A stretch of DNA of 64,000 nucleotides, from NCBI GenBank assembly GCA_964016885.1, contig OZ024743.1:161696001-161760000 (forward strand), read 5' to 3'. The stretch comes from Eledone cirrhosa (taxonomy: Eukaryota). The notes beneath the pieces were generated by a model. The model was given only the letters and a program-made list of their open reading frames with translations. It searched no databases and was not told the origin of the DNA. Position 1 is the stretch's first letter. Each line of letters starts with the position of its first letter. This document shows positions 13,652-29,797 of this stretch, one piece after another. The translations under genes were made by a program, and so were the position numbers.

Positions 13652-16600
13652 TCATCATCATCAATGTTTAACGTCCGTGTTCCACGCTTGCATGGGTTTG
13701 GACGGGGGTAGTCCCACTTGAGGCAAGAGAGATTGTCTTGCTCGCATAGGACTGTCTGGCAGGTTTTCTACAGTTGGATGCCCTTCCTAACAGCAACCAC
13801 ATTTACAGTGTGGACTGGGAGGTTTTTACCGTGTTACCGACACGGCCACATTACAGTGTGGACTGTGTGTTTTTTTGTTGTGACACCTACACGACTTCAT
13901 TTGTTTCGGACTGGATGTTGTGGTACTAACATAACTTGACATTTAAGGGGGTGGTGTGGATGGGGTGGGGGTAGTGGGACGGGGGTGTATTTTATTAGAA
14001 GTGTCTACTGACTGTAGGTTTCGCTTTGTACTTAGGCAAGGCGGGTCTTCTGTATAACTGTGTAGCGCCAAAGATCTCAGTCCAGTGACATTGTCTTGGA
14101 GAGGTGTAAGTGTGTGAGGTCGGAATTTATGAAGTCGTCCCAGGTTTTTCTTGGTCCGCTTACTCCGTGACTACTGTCTATTTTTATTGGCCTGCACTTT
14201 TTTATACAGCTGTCGTCTTTCATGCGCATCACATGACCGTACCTACGTAGTCTTCTCTCGAGTAAACAACATCTGATGCCTCTTATTCCTAATTTCTCCC
14301 TTAGTTCATTAATGCTTTGACGTTCACGTATATTACTATTGCACATCCAGCGGAGCATGCAAGCTTCGTTTCTCTCCAGTCTGCGTATATCCTCTGCACG
14401 CAGTGCCCAGGTCTCACTGCCATGTAACATTGTTGTTCGTATGCAGGCATCATACAGCCTGCCTTTCATTTTTAGAGAGAACCCTTTAGCGGCCAATAGT
14501 GTTATAAGCTCTCTGAACTTTTTCCATCCCGTTCTGACTCTAGCTACTGTACTTTCAGAGCACCCTCCCCCACTGCTGATTTTGTCACCCAGGTAACGGA
14601 AGGTGTCCACTATTTCTATAGAACCATCTGTGCAATGGAATGAGCTAGTATTCTGTGGGCACTTGCTGCTACTTATTGCACCAGAATACCGGCCACATAT
14701 AAAATCTATATTCTTAGTTAGCTTACTTGTGATCCCACTACATCTTTTATGCACCCATACTTTGCATTTGGGACATAAAATGGAGTTTCTGCCTACTCCT
14801 TTCCTACACACTGAGCATGGCCATTTCCCAGATGGGACCGGTGCCCTATTTTCCTTCCTACAAACTAGAACTTTAGTCTTAGACAAGTTAACTTTAAGGC
14901 CTTTTGATTCTAGGCAATGCTTCCATGTTTGGAATTTCTTCTCTAGTTCAGCCATTGATTCAGCTATGAGTGTTAGATCATCTGCATATAGGAGTTCCCA
15001 TGGGCAGCCGGTCTTGAACTCCTCTGTTATAGCCTGAAGGGCAATAATAAATAGTAGGGGGCTATGAACGGAGCCCTGATGAACACCAACTTTTACGCTA
15101 AACTCTTCACTATATTCGTTGTTAATTCTAACCTTGCTGACTGTTTCTTTATACATGGCTTGTATAGCTCTCACAAGCCATTAATCAACACCTAGTTTTC
15201 TAAGAGCCCACCAGATAATGGAGCGGGGGACTCTGTCAAAGGCTTTCTCCAAGTCAACAAAAGCTAAGTATAGGGGTTTACTTTTAGCTAGGTACTTCTC
15301 CTGTAGTTGTCGTACAATGAAAAGAGCGTCTGTGGTACTTTTACCTGACACAAACCCGAACTGCATTTCATCTAGATCGATTCGCTCTCTGATTAGTTGC
15401 GCTATTACTTTTTCTGTGACCTTCATCACCTGGTCGATTAATTTAATGCCTCTATAGTTACCCCTATCTAGGGCATCTCCTTTACCCTTGTAGCAGTTAA
15501 TGATGATGCTGCTACGCCAGTCCTTCGGAACAGCCCCATTCTGTATGACTTGGTTTACTTTCCGGGTGACCATAGTGTGTCCCACCGTTCCGGATGCTTT
15601 CAGCATTTCAGCAACTATTTCCGAAGGCCCAGCTGCCTTACCCGTCTTCATATCTTTGATTGCCTTACTTATCATACCACCTTCAACTAGCACTTCTGGT
15701 CCCTCTATTGGATCGATGTGGGGGAGACTGTCTTTCTCCCATTTATTCTCCTCATTTAGTAGCCTTTCGTAGTGACACTTCCAAGCTACCTTCTTATCAG
15801 CGTCAGTGATGGCAAGTACACCATCATCATTAAGGACACACTTCTCCCCGACAATATCACGGTTTTCCTTGACACATTGCCTAGCAATTCTCAACACCTC
15901 ACGTTTTTGGTCCTCGCGTTGTAGAACATGCTTGAACTTTCTTTCCTCTGCTTCCCTTCTTGCAAAGTACACTTGTCTCCTAGCTTCCCTCCTGGCCACT
16001 TGATAGTCTTCTCTACTTCCCCCATCCCACCATACTTTCCAAGCCTGCTTTTTGGCCTTAATTGACTCCTCCACCTTAGTGTTCCACCACCACATTACTC
16101 TCCTCCTGCCTATAGGCCTGCTCCAGCCACAGACTTCATCTGCCGCCATCAGCAGGTTTGCTTTCAGGAATACCCACTGTTCCTCTATAGTGTACGACTC
16201 TAATTGCTCTTCCTTACTGTTGAAAGCATCAAGTAATATGCTTTTAAATTTATTACTGGCTGTGGAGTCCTTTAGCTTCCATATTTTTCTCCTGAGGATA
16301 GTCCTCTTCTGTTGTCGAGTACGTCTTGTCCTGACTATGAGGTCGCTAATTATCAGTCTATGTTGAGAGGTGCATTCTTCATGGGGGAGGGATTTAGTGT
16401 TTACAACAGACACTGTGTCACGTCTTCTGGTAAGGATATAATATACCTGGCTGGTATGTTCCCCTGATCTGTAGGTGATCAAGTGATTGTCTCGTTTTTT
16501 GAAGTTAGTGTTACAGATAGTTAGGTTATTTGCGTTACAGAATTCCAGGATTCTGGAGCCTTCCTCATTTCTAGTACCAAACCCATAGCCTTCATGGATT

Positions 16601-17263
16601 CCGTCATAGCCGTCACAATGTTGTCCAACGTGACCATTTAGGTCACCAGCAATACTTATATAGTTACTGTCGGTTATTTGGGAGGTAGTGAGCATCAGTG
16701 TCTCATAGAATCCGTCTTTTATAGCGCCAGGCAGTCCGGATTGGGGCGCGTATGCAGATATTATTGTCACAGTAGTTCTATTGAGGACAAGTCTTATTTT
16801 AATTATTCTGTCGTTCACTCTATTTACGTCTATTATCTTATCCACCCATTTTTCTGCTAACATGATTCCTACCCCACCCAGCCCATTGTCATTTCCCACC
16901 CAGAAAAGCTTATAGCATCGTTTTTTACCCACAATGAAGCTAGCAGACCCACCCCTCCACCTGGTCTCTTGGATACAGCAAACATCAACCTCCTTACGTT
17001 CAAGCATTTCTACAAACTCGTTAGAGCGACCTTTTAAGGTGCCTACATTCATGGTACCAACTCTGAAGTTTTGGATTGCGCTTGGTGGGAACGGTGGGGC
17101 GCGGGGTGGGGTGAGTGGGATGGGGTTGGGGTTATGTGGGCCATCCGCGGCCGAAACAAAGAGGAGGAGTCCTTGCCTTTTCGTCCGGCAGCATGAGGTG
17201 AATTTGTCTTTATCTTTGACATTGTCACTGAGTGTCCAGATTTTTCAGACTCTCCAGAATTCC
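13652..17263 (-). mobile_element. Near full-length RTE LINE (subfamily A), inactivated by point nonsense mutations
   Basis: ORFs 15181-17052 (APE plus RT N-terminus) and 14077-15174 (RT C-terminus) are in frame and separated by one TAA (GVD*WLV). A CGA>TGA change lies near the C-terminus. (CAT)n tail at 13652; 5' UTR runs to 17263. Confidence 0.95.
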
Positions 17264-17441
17264 ATATATATATATATATATACATATATCACACACACAT
17301 ATATATATATATCACACACATATATATATATATACATATATCACACACATATATCACACACATATATATATATACATATATCACACACATATATATATAC
17401 ACATTTATCACACACACACATATATATATATACACATATAT

Positions 17442-17472
<31 letters not shown>

Positions 17473-17680
17473 CACATATATATATATATATATATATATA
17501 GATATATATATCTTTCTTTTCAATGGCTGACAATACCTTACCGGCGCCACTCGAATAAGGTAGTTATTTAACCCATAAATGGGGCCCTCACAGGTACTAC
17601 TACTCCGGGCCAGAGCAGACCTGGGAGTTATGACAACTAAGAGGTAACTCCACATTCCCCACATATATATATATATATAT

Positions 17681-18204
17681 TCTGTCAGGGAAATGGCCAT
17701 GTTCGATATGCAGAAAAGGAACTGGCATAAATTCTATAAAATGCACACAATGCAGATCCTGGGTACACAAGAGATGTAGCAGGATAGCAGGCAAACTAGC
17801 AGGTAGGGAGAAATACGTATGCAGTAGATGTACAGGGAAATTAGACAGTAGAAGTCGCATTGATAGACACATTTTTCAAATGCAGGAGGGCGCTATAGAA
17901 GTGGTGGATAGCTTCCGGTACCTAGGAGATCAGATTAGCATGGGGGGGGGGGTTCCGAGGCCATAGTATCTAGAATAAGGACGGGTTGGAAGAAGTTTAG
18001 GGAGCTGCTTCCTCTGTTGACGAAGAAGGGTTTTCCCTGCGTACGAAAGGCCGGTTGTATGATGCCTGTGTGAGGAGCGCGATGCTGCATGGTAGTGAGA
18101 CATGGGCAGCAATTGCAGAGGATATGCGACGGCTCGAGAGAAATGAGGCAAGCATGCTCTGTTGGATGTGCAGTGTAAATGTGCGTGAACGACCCAGCAT
18201 AAAT
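17681..18204 (+). mobile_element. RTE LINE RT fragment (subfamily C), probable continuation of 9586-9887
   Basis: Translates [49 protein letters not shown]. Starts with the same 13-mer at which 9586-9887 stops. Confidence 0.8.
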
Positions 18205-20312
18205 GTCTTGCTCATAAAGAACTGTTTCTGTCCTGGTTTCTACAGTTGGATGCCCTTCATAATGCAAACTACACTTACAGTGTGGACTGACTGCTTTTTA
18301 TCGTGGCACCAAATTGACCACTTTACAGTAAGGACTAGTCACTTCTTTTTTCGTGGCACCAGAAAGGCCACTTTACAATGTGAACTGAGAGTTTTTTGTC
18401 ATATCTCCATCACAACCACCTTACAGGGTGGACTGACCATTTATTGTTGTTTTGTGTCACTAACACAACCACTCTACGGTATGGACTGGCTGCTTTTTGT
18501 TGTGGCACGAGAATGACCACTTTACAGAGAGGACTGGATGCTTCCTGTGGTGTCCCCAACATGATGGACAGGGTGCTTATTTATCATGTCACTAGCATGA
18601 CCACTTTTCAGGGAGCGCTAGGTGCTCTTTTTTCATGTTACCTTATAGGGAGAATTATGTGCTCTTTTGTCATGACACCAACATGAGCACCTTACATGAT
18701 GAACTATGGACTTTTGTTATGTCACCAGCATGACCACATTACAGGGTGGATTCAGCAGCCTTGTGAGAGAGCATGTTCAACTTTCCATGCTTGTATATAT
18801 GGGTTGGCTAAGAGAGACGCATCAGATGTAGAAAGTGGGGGTGCATGTATGTAGGGTGGGGATTGGTGAGGTGGGTCTAATGTGGGGTACTTAGCTAGTG
18901 AAGGGCGGAATATTATGACGTAGGAGGAATATGGGAGGGGAGGGATAGTGATGCATACTAAACACCACTAAATGTTGCTTCATTCTGTGCACATGGGAAG
19001 GCAGGTCTTTTATTGTACTGTATAACATCAGAGATCAGGATCCTGTGTCATCACCTTTGAGAGGTGCAATTGTGTGAGGACAGTTTTTATCACCTCTTAA
19101 GGTTCCATAGTTTCCATCAGCTTTGAACGCCCTGCACCTTTTAATACAGCTATCATTCTTCATTGGCATCTCATGTCCATACAACAGTAATCTCTTCTCG
19201 TGCACACTGCATCTGATCCCTCTTATGCCCAGTTTCTCTCAGTTCATTCATGTTTTGCCATTCATGAATATTACTATTACACATTCATCAGAGCATGCAA
19301 ACTTCATTTCTTTCCAATTTTTGTAGGTCCCCTGCACACAGCACCCAGGTCTCACTTCCATGCAGCATTGCTGTTCATACACAAGCTTCATACAATCTGC
19401 CTTTATTTTGAGGGGTAAAATATTTCGTATCTAGCAGCAGTAGTAGCCCTCTGAACTTTTTCCATCTCATTCTCACTCTGGCTACTATACTTTCAGAACA
19501 ATCACCTCCACTGCTAATTTGGTCACCCAGGTAACAGAAACTAACAACGACTTCTACGGAGCCTTCTGGGCATTCATAGGAACTTGTTTCCTGTGAGCTA
19601 TTACTACTTACTGCTCCTGTACACTGACCACATATAAAACCTACATTTTTGCTAGTCTACCTGAAATGCTACTACATCACTTATGTACTCATAATTTGCA
19701 TTTGGGACATAGGATCGAATTTCTACCTTCTTTCCAGTACACTGAGCAAGGCCATTTTCCAGGGAGTATCTGGGCCCTGTTATCCTTCCTACATAGTATG
19801 ACTTTGGTCTTTGGCAAGTTAACTTTAAAACCTTTTGATTCTAGGCTTTGCTTCCAGGTTTGGAAGCTAGTCTTAAACTCTTCTGTTATAGCCTGCAGGA
19901 CAATAATAAACAGGAGAAGGCTAAGAACGGAGCTCTGATGGACTCCTACCTGCACCCTAAATTCTTCACTATAATCATTATTTGTTCTAACCTTGCTGAC
20001 TGCTCCTCTATATATGGTTTGCATTGCCCTCACACACCGCTCATCTAACACTAGTTTTCTAAGAGCCCACCAGATAATGAAACAGGTGACTCTGTCAAAA
20101 GCTTTCTCCGGGTAAACAAATGTCAAGTAGATGGGTTTACTTTTAGGTAAGTACCTGCAGTTGCCTCACAAAGAAAAGGGCATCAGTGGTACTTTTACCT
20201 GGCACAAATTTAAACTGAATCTCACCTAGGTTAACTTGGTCCCTAATCAGCTGTGCTATAACTTTTTCTGTGACCTTCATGACCTGGTCCATCAATTTGA
20301 TGCCTCTATATT
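18205..20312 (-). mobile_element. Decayed RTE LINE (RT part plus 3' UTR with expanded short repeats)
   Basis: ORFs 20143-20397 and 19689-20126 (EKAFDRV, VGVHQ). The 3' UTR at 18205-18800 consists of repeated ccactttacagtgtggactg-like units. Confidence 0.82.
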
Positions 20313-20974
20313 TTTCTACAAGCTGTTGTAGCTGGCTTGAAGTGAAGTGTAGGTGTAGAACATTTATTAGGAGACTGCAGCAGTGCAAATCAGACATTAA
20401 ATGTTGAAAATATAAGGATAAAAAAGATGATGTTGGGATGTTACCTTGAAGTAGTTTAAAAGTCCTTAAAATTTCCTTCGGGAAACTAATTCAAAGTAGA
20501 ATATCTTGTGTTGTTCTTATGCTTCTATTATATATGTGGGGGGGAATGTACACAATGAATATTCATAACACACCAAATGAGGTGTAAACATACTTTCTAT
20601 TATTTTGTCTGTACACAGTAAAACAAGAGATATCTTTTATATCAAGAGGTATCTTTTATATCATGTATATGTAAGCCAAGACGTAGAATATATCTGAACT
20701 CATCCATCTAATTTGCATGGTATGCATTTCTTTGGCAATGAAATTAATTAAATAGTAAATATTAAAAGATTTAAGACTAACCTAGTGTAAATATAATTAT
20801 TAATTGAAGCAATTACAGTATAGAAGAGATATGTTGCCAATTCAAGAACACATTTTATTAGAAACAGTTGGTGTGTCTGTTCTTGTTCTAGGTTTTGGAG
20901 AGAACGTGGAGTCTGCAAAAAATTAGTAAAGGACTTGCAAGTTAGAGCTGTGTTCACAAATAAAAGTAACATTA

Positions 20975-21180
20975 CTGTTCATGGATTCTATTCCAGGACT
21001 GGGTCGTGCGTTATTTTTTTTAAGCAAAACATTTCATTTCACACAGCTCCATTCCACTCAGCTGAAAATGAGTTCCAGCAGTAGCTGGGTGTTAACCCTG
21101 CAATGGACTGGCATCCTGACCAAGATGAAGTCTTGTACTCTAAGTCCCTTAAAACCAATAAAACCAAGATAAGAACTAGC
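20975..21180 (+). mobile_element. Decayed SINE body related to 11675-12012
   Basis: ttaagcaaaacatttcatttcacacagctccattccactcagctg resembles ttgagcaagacactttatttcacattgctccagtttactcagctg. Confidence 0.5.
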
Positions 21181-22416
21181 TTGAAGGGCCTCCCAGCTGG
21201 GGACAGGCTTTAATGGTCTTTTTTTTTTTTTTTTCTTTTTTTATCAGTCATGGCAACGTTATTCAACATACAAAACGTTGTTCACTCATTTCAGCACTGA
21301 TAATAATTTGTTTAGACAGTACAATGTTTAACATAGGAGGTTACTCTGTTAAGATTCAAATTCATATGTTGTCAGCAATCTAATCACTGCAATGATATTC
21401 CTACACAGCATTACTTGAGTCAGCATTCATCCAATGCATAGCAATCACAGATATCCTGGCACAGATGTTGTCAACCAGTTATGATTCTAATGGCAGACAC
21501 CATATATGCCAGGACCAAATATTAGCCCAAGATCTGATTTGATTGTGCTAATCCACATTTTCAACTGTCTGCTTTGCCATTATGCCATCCTCTGATACAG
21601 CATACATAACACTTATTGTACCAGTTTCATTGACAGAAGTTGCCACTGTAACTTCACATTTGATAGGTAATAGTATTGACCCTTTCATTACTGAGTTCCT
21701 AATGAAATAAACTGCCAATGTATTTCAATTAATTTTTTAAATAACCAAAATTTGAGGACTTAAATAAAATAAGTTTGTCATTAGTAAGTTGATATTTACA
21801 AAATAAAAATGTTTAGAATAAAATTATAAGGATAAACATTATAAAATGAGCAGTTTTCTATCATAAATCCATGGTGGTTTCAGGCAGTTTAGTATCAAAA
21901 GGGTTAGGAGGCAGACATCCTACACTGACTCAGTTTACCTAGCTCTCAGAAAGGTACCAAATGCATTTGTGAATGGTACATATGATATATCAACATCCTA
22001 TAAAGAGCAGAAAAGGAGAAGGGAAAATGTGTTGTTCTAGAATTCTATGTCACAAAGCCAGAACTAAGTCCATCAGAGATAAGGAAAAAGATTTAAACAT
22101 CTGAATAAAAGTCCATGCAATTAATGCTGATATAGAACTGGCCTATTAACCCTTTCAGTACCATATTTCCACTGAAAGGCACAGTCTATATTTTGAAAAT
22201 AGCCAACAATTTGGAGGCATTTATTAAAATAACTAACTTTCATGTTATTAAGCTTGTGTTTGAAACATAACAAAAGTACTTACATAAAATAATGAAAAAA
22301 GGTTTTTAGATATATATAAATACTTTACAGTAAATAGCATTATACTAGAGGCAGTTTCAGGTACCTTAGTGTCAAAGGGGTTAAGCGAAAGAAACAAAAA
22401 CTGAAATAAAACTTAC

Positions 22417-22585
22417 ATGTTTACAATGAATGGATGGTGAACGGATGCCAGGATCTCACGTTCACTTTTAACATGTTCAGTTTGCTTCAACGATACAACT
22501 CCAGCAATAGACATCATCTTCAGTGCAAAATACTCCTTGGTTTCTTTGTGTCGTACTAAAACAACACGACCAAATGAACCAGCGC
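22417..22585 (-). CDS. PRKX: Internal coding exon of a cAMP-dependent protein kinase, PRKX/PKA-C3 type (kinase subdomains I-IV)
   Basis: Acceptor tttctcttcctcatctgcAG, donor GTaagt, 169 nt, phase 1 to phase 2. Translates (G)AGSFGRVVLVRHKETKEYFALKMMSIAGVVSLKQTEHVKSEREILASVHHPFIVN, with the Gly-rich loop, ALK lysine, LKQ.EHV..E..IL and HPF typical of PKA/PRKX. The exon boundaries match my recollection of vertebrate PRKX exon 2. Confidence 0.88.
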
Positions 22586-23118
22586 CTGCAGATGAGGAAG
22601 AGAAATGTCAAACATTATATATATATATATATATATATATATAGCTTAAAATGAAGTGACAATAAGAAGAAAGCAAGAACGGGGGGAGTTTTCCTCTCTG
22701 AGGGTCTCGGATATTTCCATGCTTTAAAGACAAGATATCTACCGCCCAGAGCGTTCAATAACTGAGTAAGTTATTGGGAAAATGGAGGAGGGAGGAGGGA
22801 AGGAAAATAGAAGGCAAAAGGGATCAGGAAGTTACAATGTAACAACTAAAATAAACAACACTCTTTTGCAATATATGCGTGTATATATATATATATATAG
22901 ATAAATCTACCAAAAGTTTACGGTAGTGTCCAATCCGTATGAAGAACTCAATGTAATCCGGATATCATGAAAAGAAGAGATGCATTCAAAAATCACTTTC
23001 GGTGAAAGATAAACGGAATACAGAGTCAAGATAAAATATTAAAAAAATAATGAATAAAACAAAGAAACAGTTCCTTATATTAAACAAAAAATATATATAT
23101 ATATATATATATATCCCA

Positions 23119-23153
<35 letters not shown>

Positions 23154-23366
23154 ACCCGCAACTACCAACTGAGTCACTATAAATAACTAGGACTGACCAA
23201 CATTATCTGACATTTTTGACGATTTCATACAAATGAAACTGTTCTAGTCCTGTAGAATTATTTCTACATATAATAAAGATGCTTATACTCTACAACTCCA
23301 CAAACATATTGAGTACCTTTTTTAACTGTGGTTAGACCCGACACAATTTGGGAACCAACATATATG

Positions 23367-23401
<35 letters not shown>

Positions 23402-23410
23402 GTATATATA

Positions 23411-26171
23411 TCATCATCATCATCAACGTTTAACGTCCGTGTTCCACGCTTGCATGGGTTTGGACGGGGGTAGTCCCACTTGAGGCAAGAGTGATTGTCT
23501 TGCTCGCATAGGACTGTCTGGCAGGTTTTCTACAGTTGGATGCCCTTCCTAACACCAACCACATTTACAGTGTGGGTCTGGGAGGTTTTTACCGTGTTGC
23601 CTACACGGCCACATTACAGCGTGGACTGTGTGTTTTTTTGTCGTGACACCTACACGATCTCATTTGTTTCGGCCTTGATGGCGCGGCACCAACATAACTT
23701 TACATAGAACGGGGTGGTGTGGATGGGGTGGGGGTGGGGTTGGTGGGACGGGGTGTATTTTGTTAGAGATGCCTACTGGCTGGAGTAGGTTTTACTATAT
23801 ATTTAGGTAAGGCGGGTCTTCTCTGTTACTGAGTACCGCCAAAGGTCTCAGTCCAGTGACATTGTCTTGGAGAGGTGTAAGTGTGTGATGTCGGAGTTTA
23901 TCAGCTCGTCCCAGGTTTTTCTAGGTCTGCCTATTCCGTGACTACCGTCTATCTTTATTGCCCTGCACTTTGTTATACAGCTATCGACTTTCATGCGCAT
24001 CACGTGTCCATACCAACGTAGCCTTCTCTCGAGTAAACAACATCTGATCCCTCTTATCTCTAATTTTTTCCTTAGTTCGTTTATGCTTTGCCGTTCACGT
24101 ATATTACTGTTACACATCCAGCGGAGCATGCAAGCTTCGTTCCTCTCTAGTCTGCGTATATCCTCTGCACACAATGCCCAGGTCTCACTGCCATGCAGCA
24201 TTGCTGTTCGTATGCAGGCATCGTACAACCTGCCTTTCATTTTTAGTGAGAACCCTTTAGCAGCTAATAGTGGTATAAGCTCTCTGAACTTTTTCCAACC
24301 AGTTCTGACTCTAGCTACAGTACTTTCAGAGCACCCTCCCCCACTGCTGATTTTATCGCCCAGGTAACGGAAGCTGTCCACTATTTCTATAGAACCCTCT
24401 GCGCAATTGAAAGAGCTAGTAGTTTGTGGGCACTTGCTGCTACTTATTGCACCAGAGCACCGGCCACATGTAAAATCTATGTTCTTAGTTAGCTTACCTG
24501 TGATCCCACTACATCTTTTATGCACCCATACTTTGCATTTAGGACATAAAATGGAGTTTCTACCTACGCCTTTCCTACACACCGAGCACGACCATTTCCC
24601 AGAAGGGACCGCCGCCTTGTTTTCTTTCCTACAAACTAGTACTTTGGTCTTAGCCAGGTTAATTTTAAGTCCTTTTGACTCTAGGCCGTGCTTCCATGTT
24701 TGGAATTTCTTCTCTAGCTCGGCCATTGATTCCGCTATGAGTGTCAGGTCGTCTGCGTATAGGAGTTCCCATGGGCAGCCTGTCTTGAACTCCTCTGTTA
24801 TAGCCTGAAGGGCAATAATAAATAGTAGTGGGCTGAGAACAGAGCCCTGATGGACGCCAACTTTTACGCTAAACTCTTCACTATATTCGTTGTTAATTCT
24901 AATTCTAACCTTGCTGACTGTTTCTTTATACATGGCTTGTATAGCCCTCACAAGCCATTCGTCAACGCCTAGTTTTCTAAGAGCCCACCAGATAATGGAG
25001 CGGGGGACTCTGTCGAAGGCTTTCTCCAAGTCGACAAAAGCTAAGTAGAGGGGTTTACCTTTAGCTAGGTACTTCTCCTGTAGTTGTCGTACTATGAAAA
25101 GAGCGTCTGTGGTACTTTTGCCTGACACAAACCCAAACTGCATTTCATCTAGGTCAATTCTCTCTCTGATTAGTTGCGCTATTACTTTTTCCGTGACCTT
25201 CATGACCTGGTCGATTAATTTAATGCCTCTATAGTTACTCCTATCTAGGGCGTCTCCTTTACCCTTATAACAGTTAACGATGATGCTGCTATGCCAGTCC
25301 TTCGGAACAACCCCATTCTGTACGACTTGGTTAACTATGCGGGTGACCATGGTGTGTCCCACCGTGCCAGATGCCTTCAGCATCTCAGCAACTATTTCCG
25401 AAGGCCCAGCCGCCTTACCCGTCTTCATATCCTTGATTGCCTTACTTATTATACTCCCCTCGACTAACACTGCTGGTCCCTCTATTGGGTCGATATGGGG
25501 GAGACTGCCTTTCTCCCAATTATTCTCCTCATTTAGTAGCCTTTCATAGTGACACTTCCAAGCTACCTTCTTATCAGCGTCGGTGATGGCAAGTGTGCCA
25601 TCGTCGTTTAGTACACACTTCTCCCCGACAATATCACGGTTTTCCTTGACGCATTGCCTAGCAATCCTGAACACCTCACGTTTTTGGTCATCGCGTTGTA
25701 GAACATGCTTGAACTTTCTTTCCTCAGCTTCCCTTCTTGCTAAGTACACTTGTCTCCTAGCTTCCCTCCTGGCCACTTGATAGTCCTCTCTACTTCCCCC
25801 ATCCCGCCATACTTTCCAAGCCTGCTTTTTGGCCTTAATTGACCCCTCCACCTTACTGTTCCACCACCATGTTACTCTCCTCCTGCCTACAGGCCTGCTC
25901 CAGCCACAGACTTCGTCTGTCGCCAACAGCAGGTTTGCTTTCAGAAATTCCCACTCTCCCTCTATATTGTCCGACTCTAAATGTTCTTCCTTACTGTCGA
26001 AAGCATCAAGTAATATGCTTTGAAATTTATTCCTGGCTGTGGGGTCCTTTAGCTTCCATATTTTCCTCCTGAGGATAGTCTTCTTCTGTTGTCGAGTACG
26101 TCTCGTCCTGACTATGAGGTCGCTAATTATCAGTCTATGTTGGGAGGTGCATTCTTCATGGGGGAGGGATT
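23411..26171 (-). mobile_element. Young 5'-truncated RTE LINE (subfamily A')
   Basis: 692-aa ORF 23848-25926 with a complete RT domain, (CAT)n tail at 23411, and (TA)n on both sides. Confidence 0.95.
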
Positions 26172-27536
<1,365 letters not shown>

Positions 27537-27537
<1 letters not shown>

Positions 27538-28488
27538 CATCATCATCATCATCATCAACGTTTAACATCCGTGTTCCACGCTTGCATGGGTTTGGACGGG
27601 GGTAGTCCCACTTGAGGCAAGAGTGATTGTCTTGCTCGCATAGGACTGTCTGGCAGGTTTTCTACAGTTGGATGCCCTTCCTAACACCAACCACATTTAC
27701 AGTGTGGGTCTGGGAGGTTTTTACCGTGTTGCCTACACGGCCACATTACAGCGTGGACTGTGTGTTTTTTTGTCGTGACACCTACACGATCTCATTTGTT
27801 TCGGCCTCGATGGCGCGGCACCAACATAACTTTACATAGAACGGGGTGGTGTGGATCGGGTGAGGGTGGGGGTGGTGGGACGGGGTGTATTTTGTTAGAG
27901 ATGCCTACTGGCTGGAGTAGGTTTTACTATATATTTAGGTAAGGCGGGTCTTCTCTGTTACTGAGTACCGCCAAAGGTCTCGGTCCAGTGACATTGTCTT
28001 GGAGAGGTGTAAGTGTGTGATGTCGGAGTTTATCAGCTCGTCCCAGGTTTTTCTAGGTCTGCCTATTCCGTGACTACCGTCTATCTTTATTGCCCTGCAC
28101 TTTGTTATACAGCTATCGACTTTCATGCGCATCACGTGTCCATACCAACGTAGCCTTCTCTCGAGTAAACAACATCTGATCCCTCTTATCTCTAATTTTT
28201 TCCTTAGTTCGTTTATGCTTTGCCGTTCACGTATATTACTGTTACACATCCAGCGGAGCATGCAAGCTTCGTTCCTCTCTAGTCTGCGTATATCCTCTTC
28301 ACACAATGCCCAGGTCTCACTGCCATGCAGCATTGCTGTTCGTATGCAGGCATCGTACAACCTGCCTTTCATTTTTAGTGAGAACCCTTTAGCAGCTAAT
28401 AGTGGTATAAGCTCTCTGAACTTTTTCCAACCAGTTCTGACTCTAGCTACAGTACTTTCAGAGCACCCTCCCCCACTGCTGATTTTAT
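27537..28488 (-). mobile_element. 5'-truncated RTE LINE, near-identical to 23411-24358
   Basis: Same 3' UTR and C-terminus (…[16 protein letters not shown]), (CAT)n tail, flanked by TA tracts. Confidence 0.95.

Positions 28489-29797
<1,309 letters not shown>

Noticed and set aside
12014-13711. Long Ile/Tyr/His/Thr-rich ORFs (also at 26039-27568, 28125-29926, 33128-34293 and 56770-57988)
   Set aside because: These are translations of (TA)n/(CA)n microsatellites that lack stop codons, not proteins.
1-22400. Additional PRKX exons (YRDLKPEN/DFG downstream; exon 1 upstream)
   Set aside because: I found no matching peptide with splice sites by eye. Small exons could have been missed.
23176-23250. 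Further hammerhead-like traces (23176-23250, 37580-37650, 42450-42645)
   Set aside because: Only half-cores or broken stems are present, too degenerate to call by eye.
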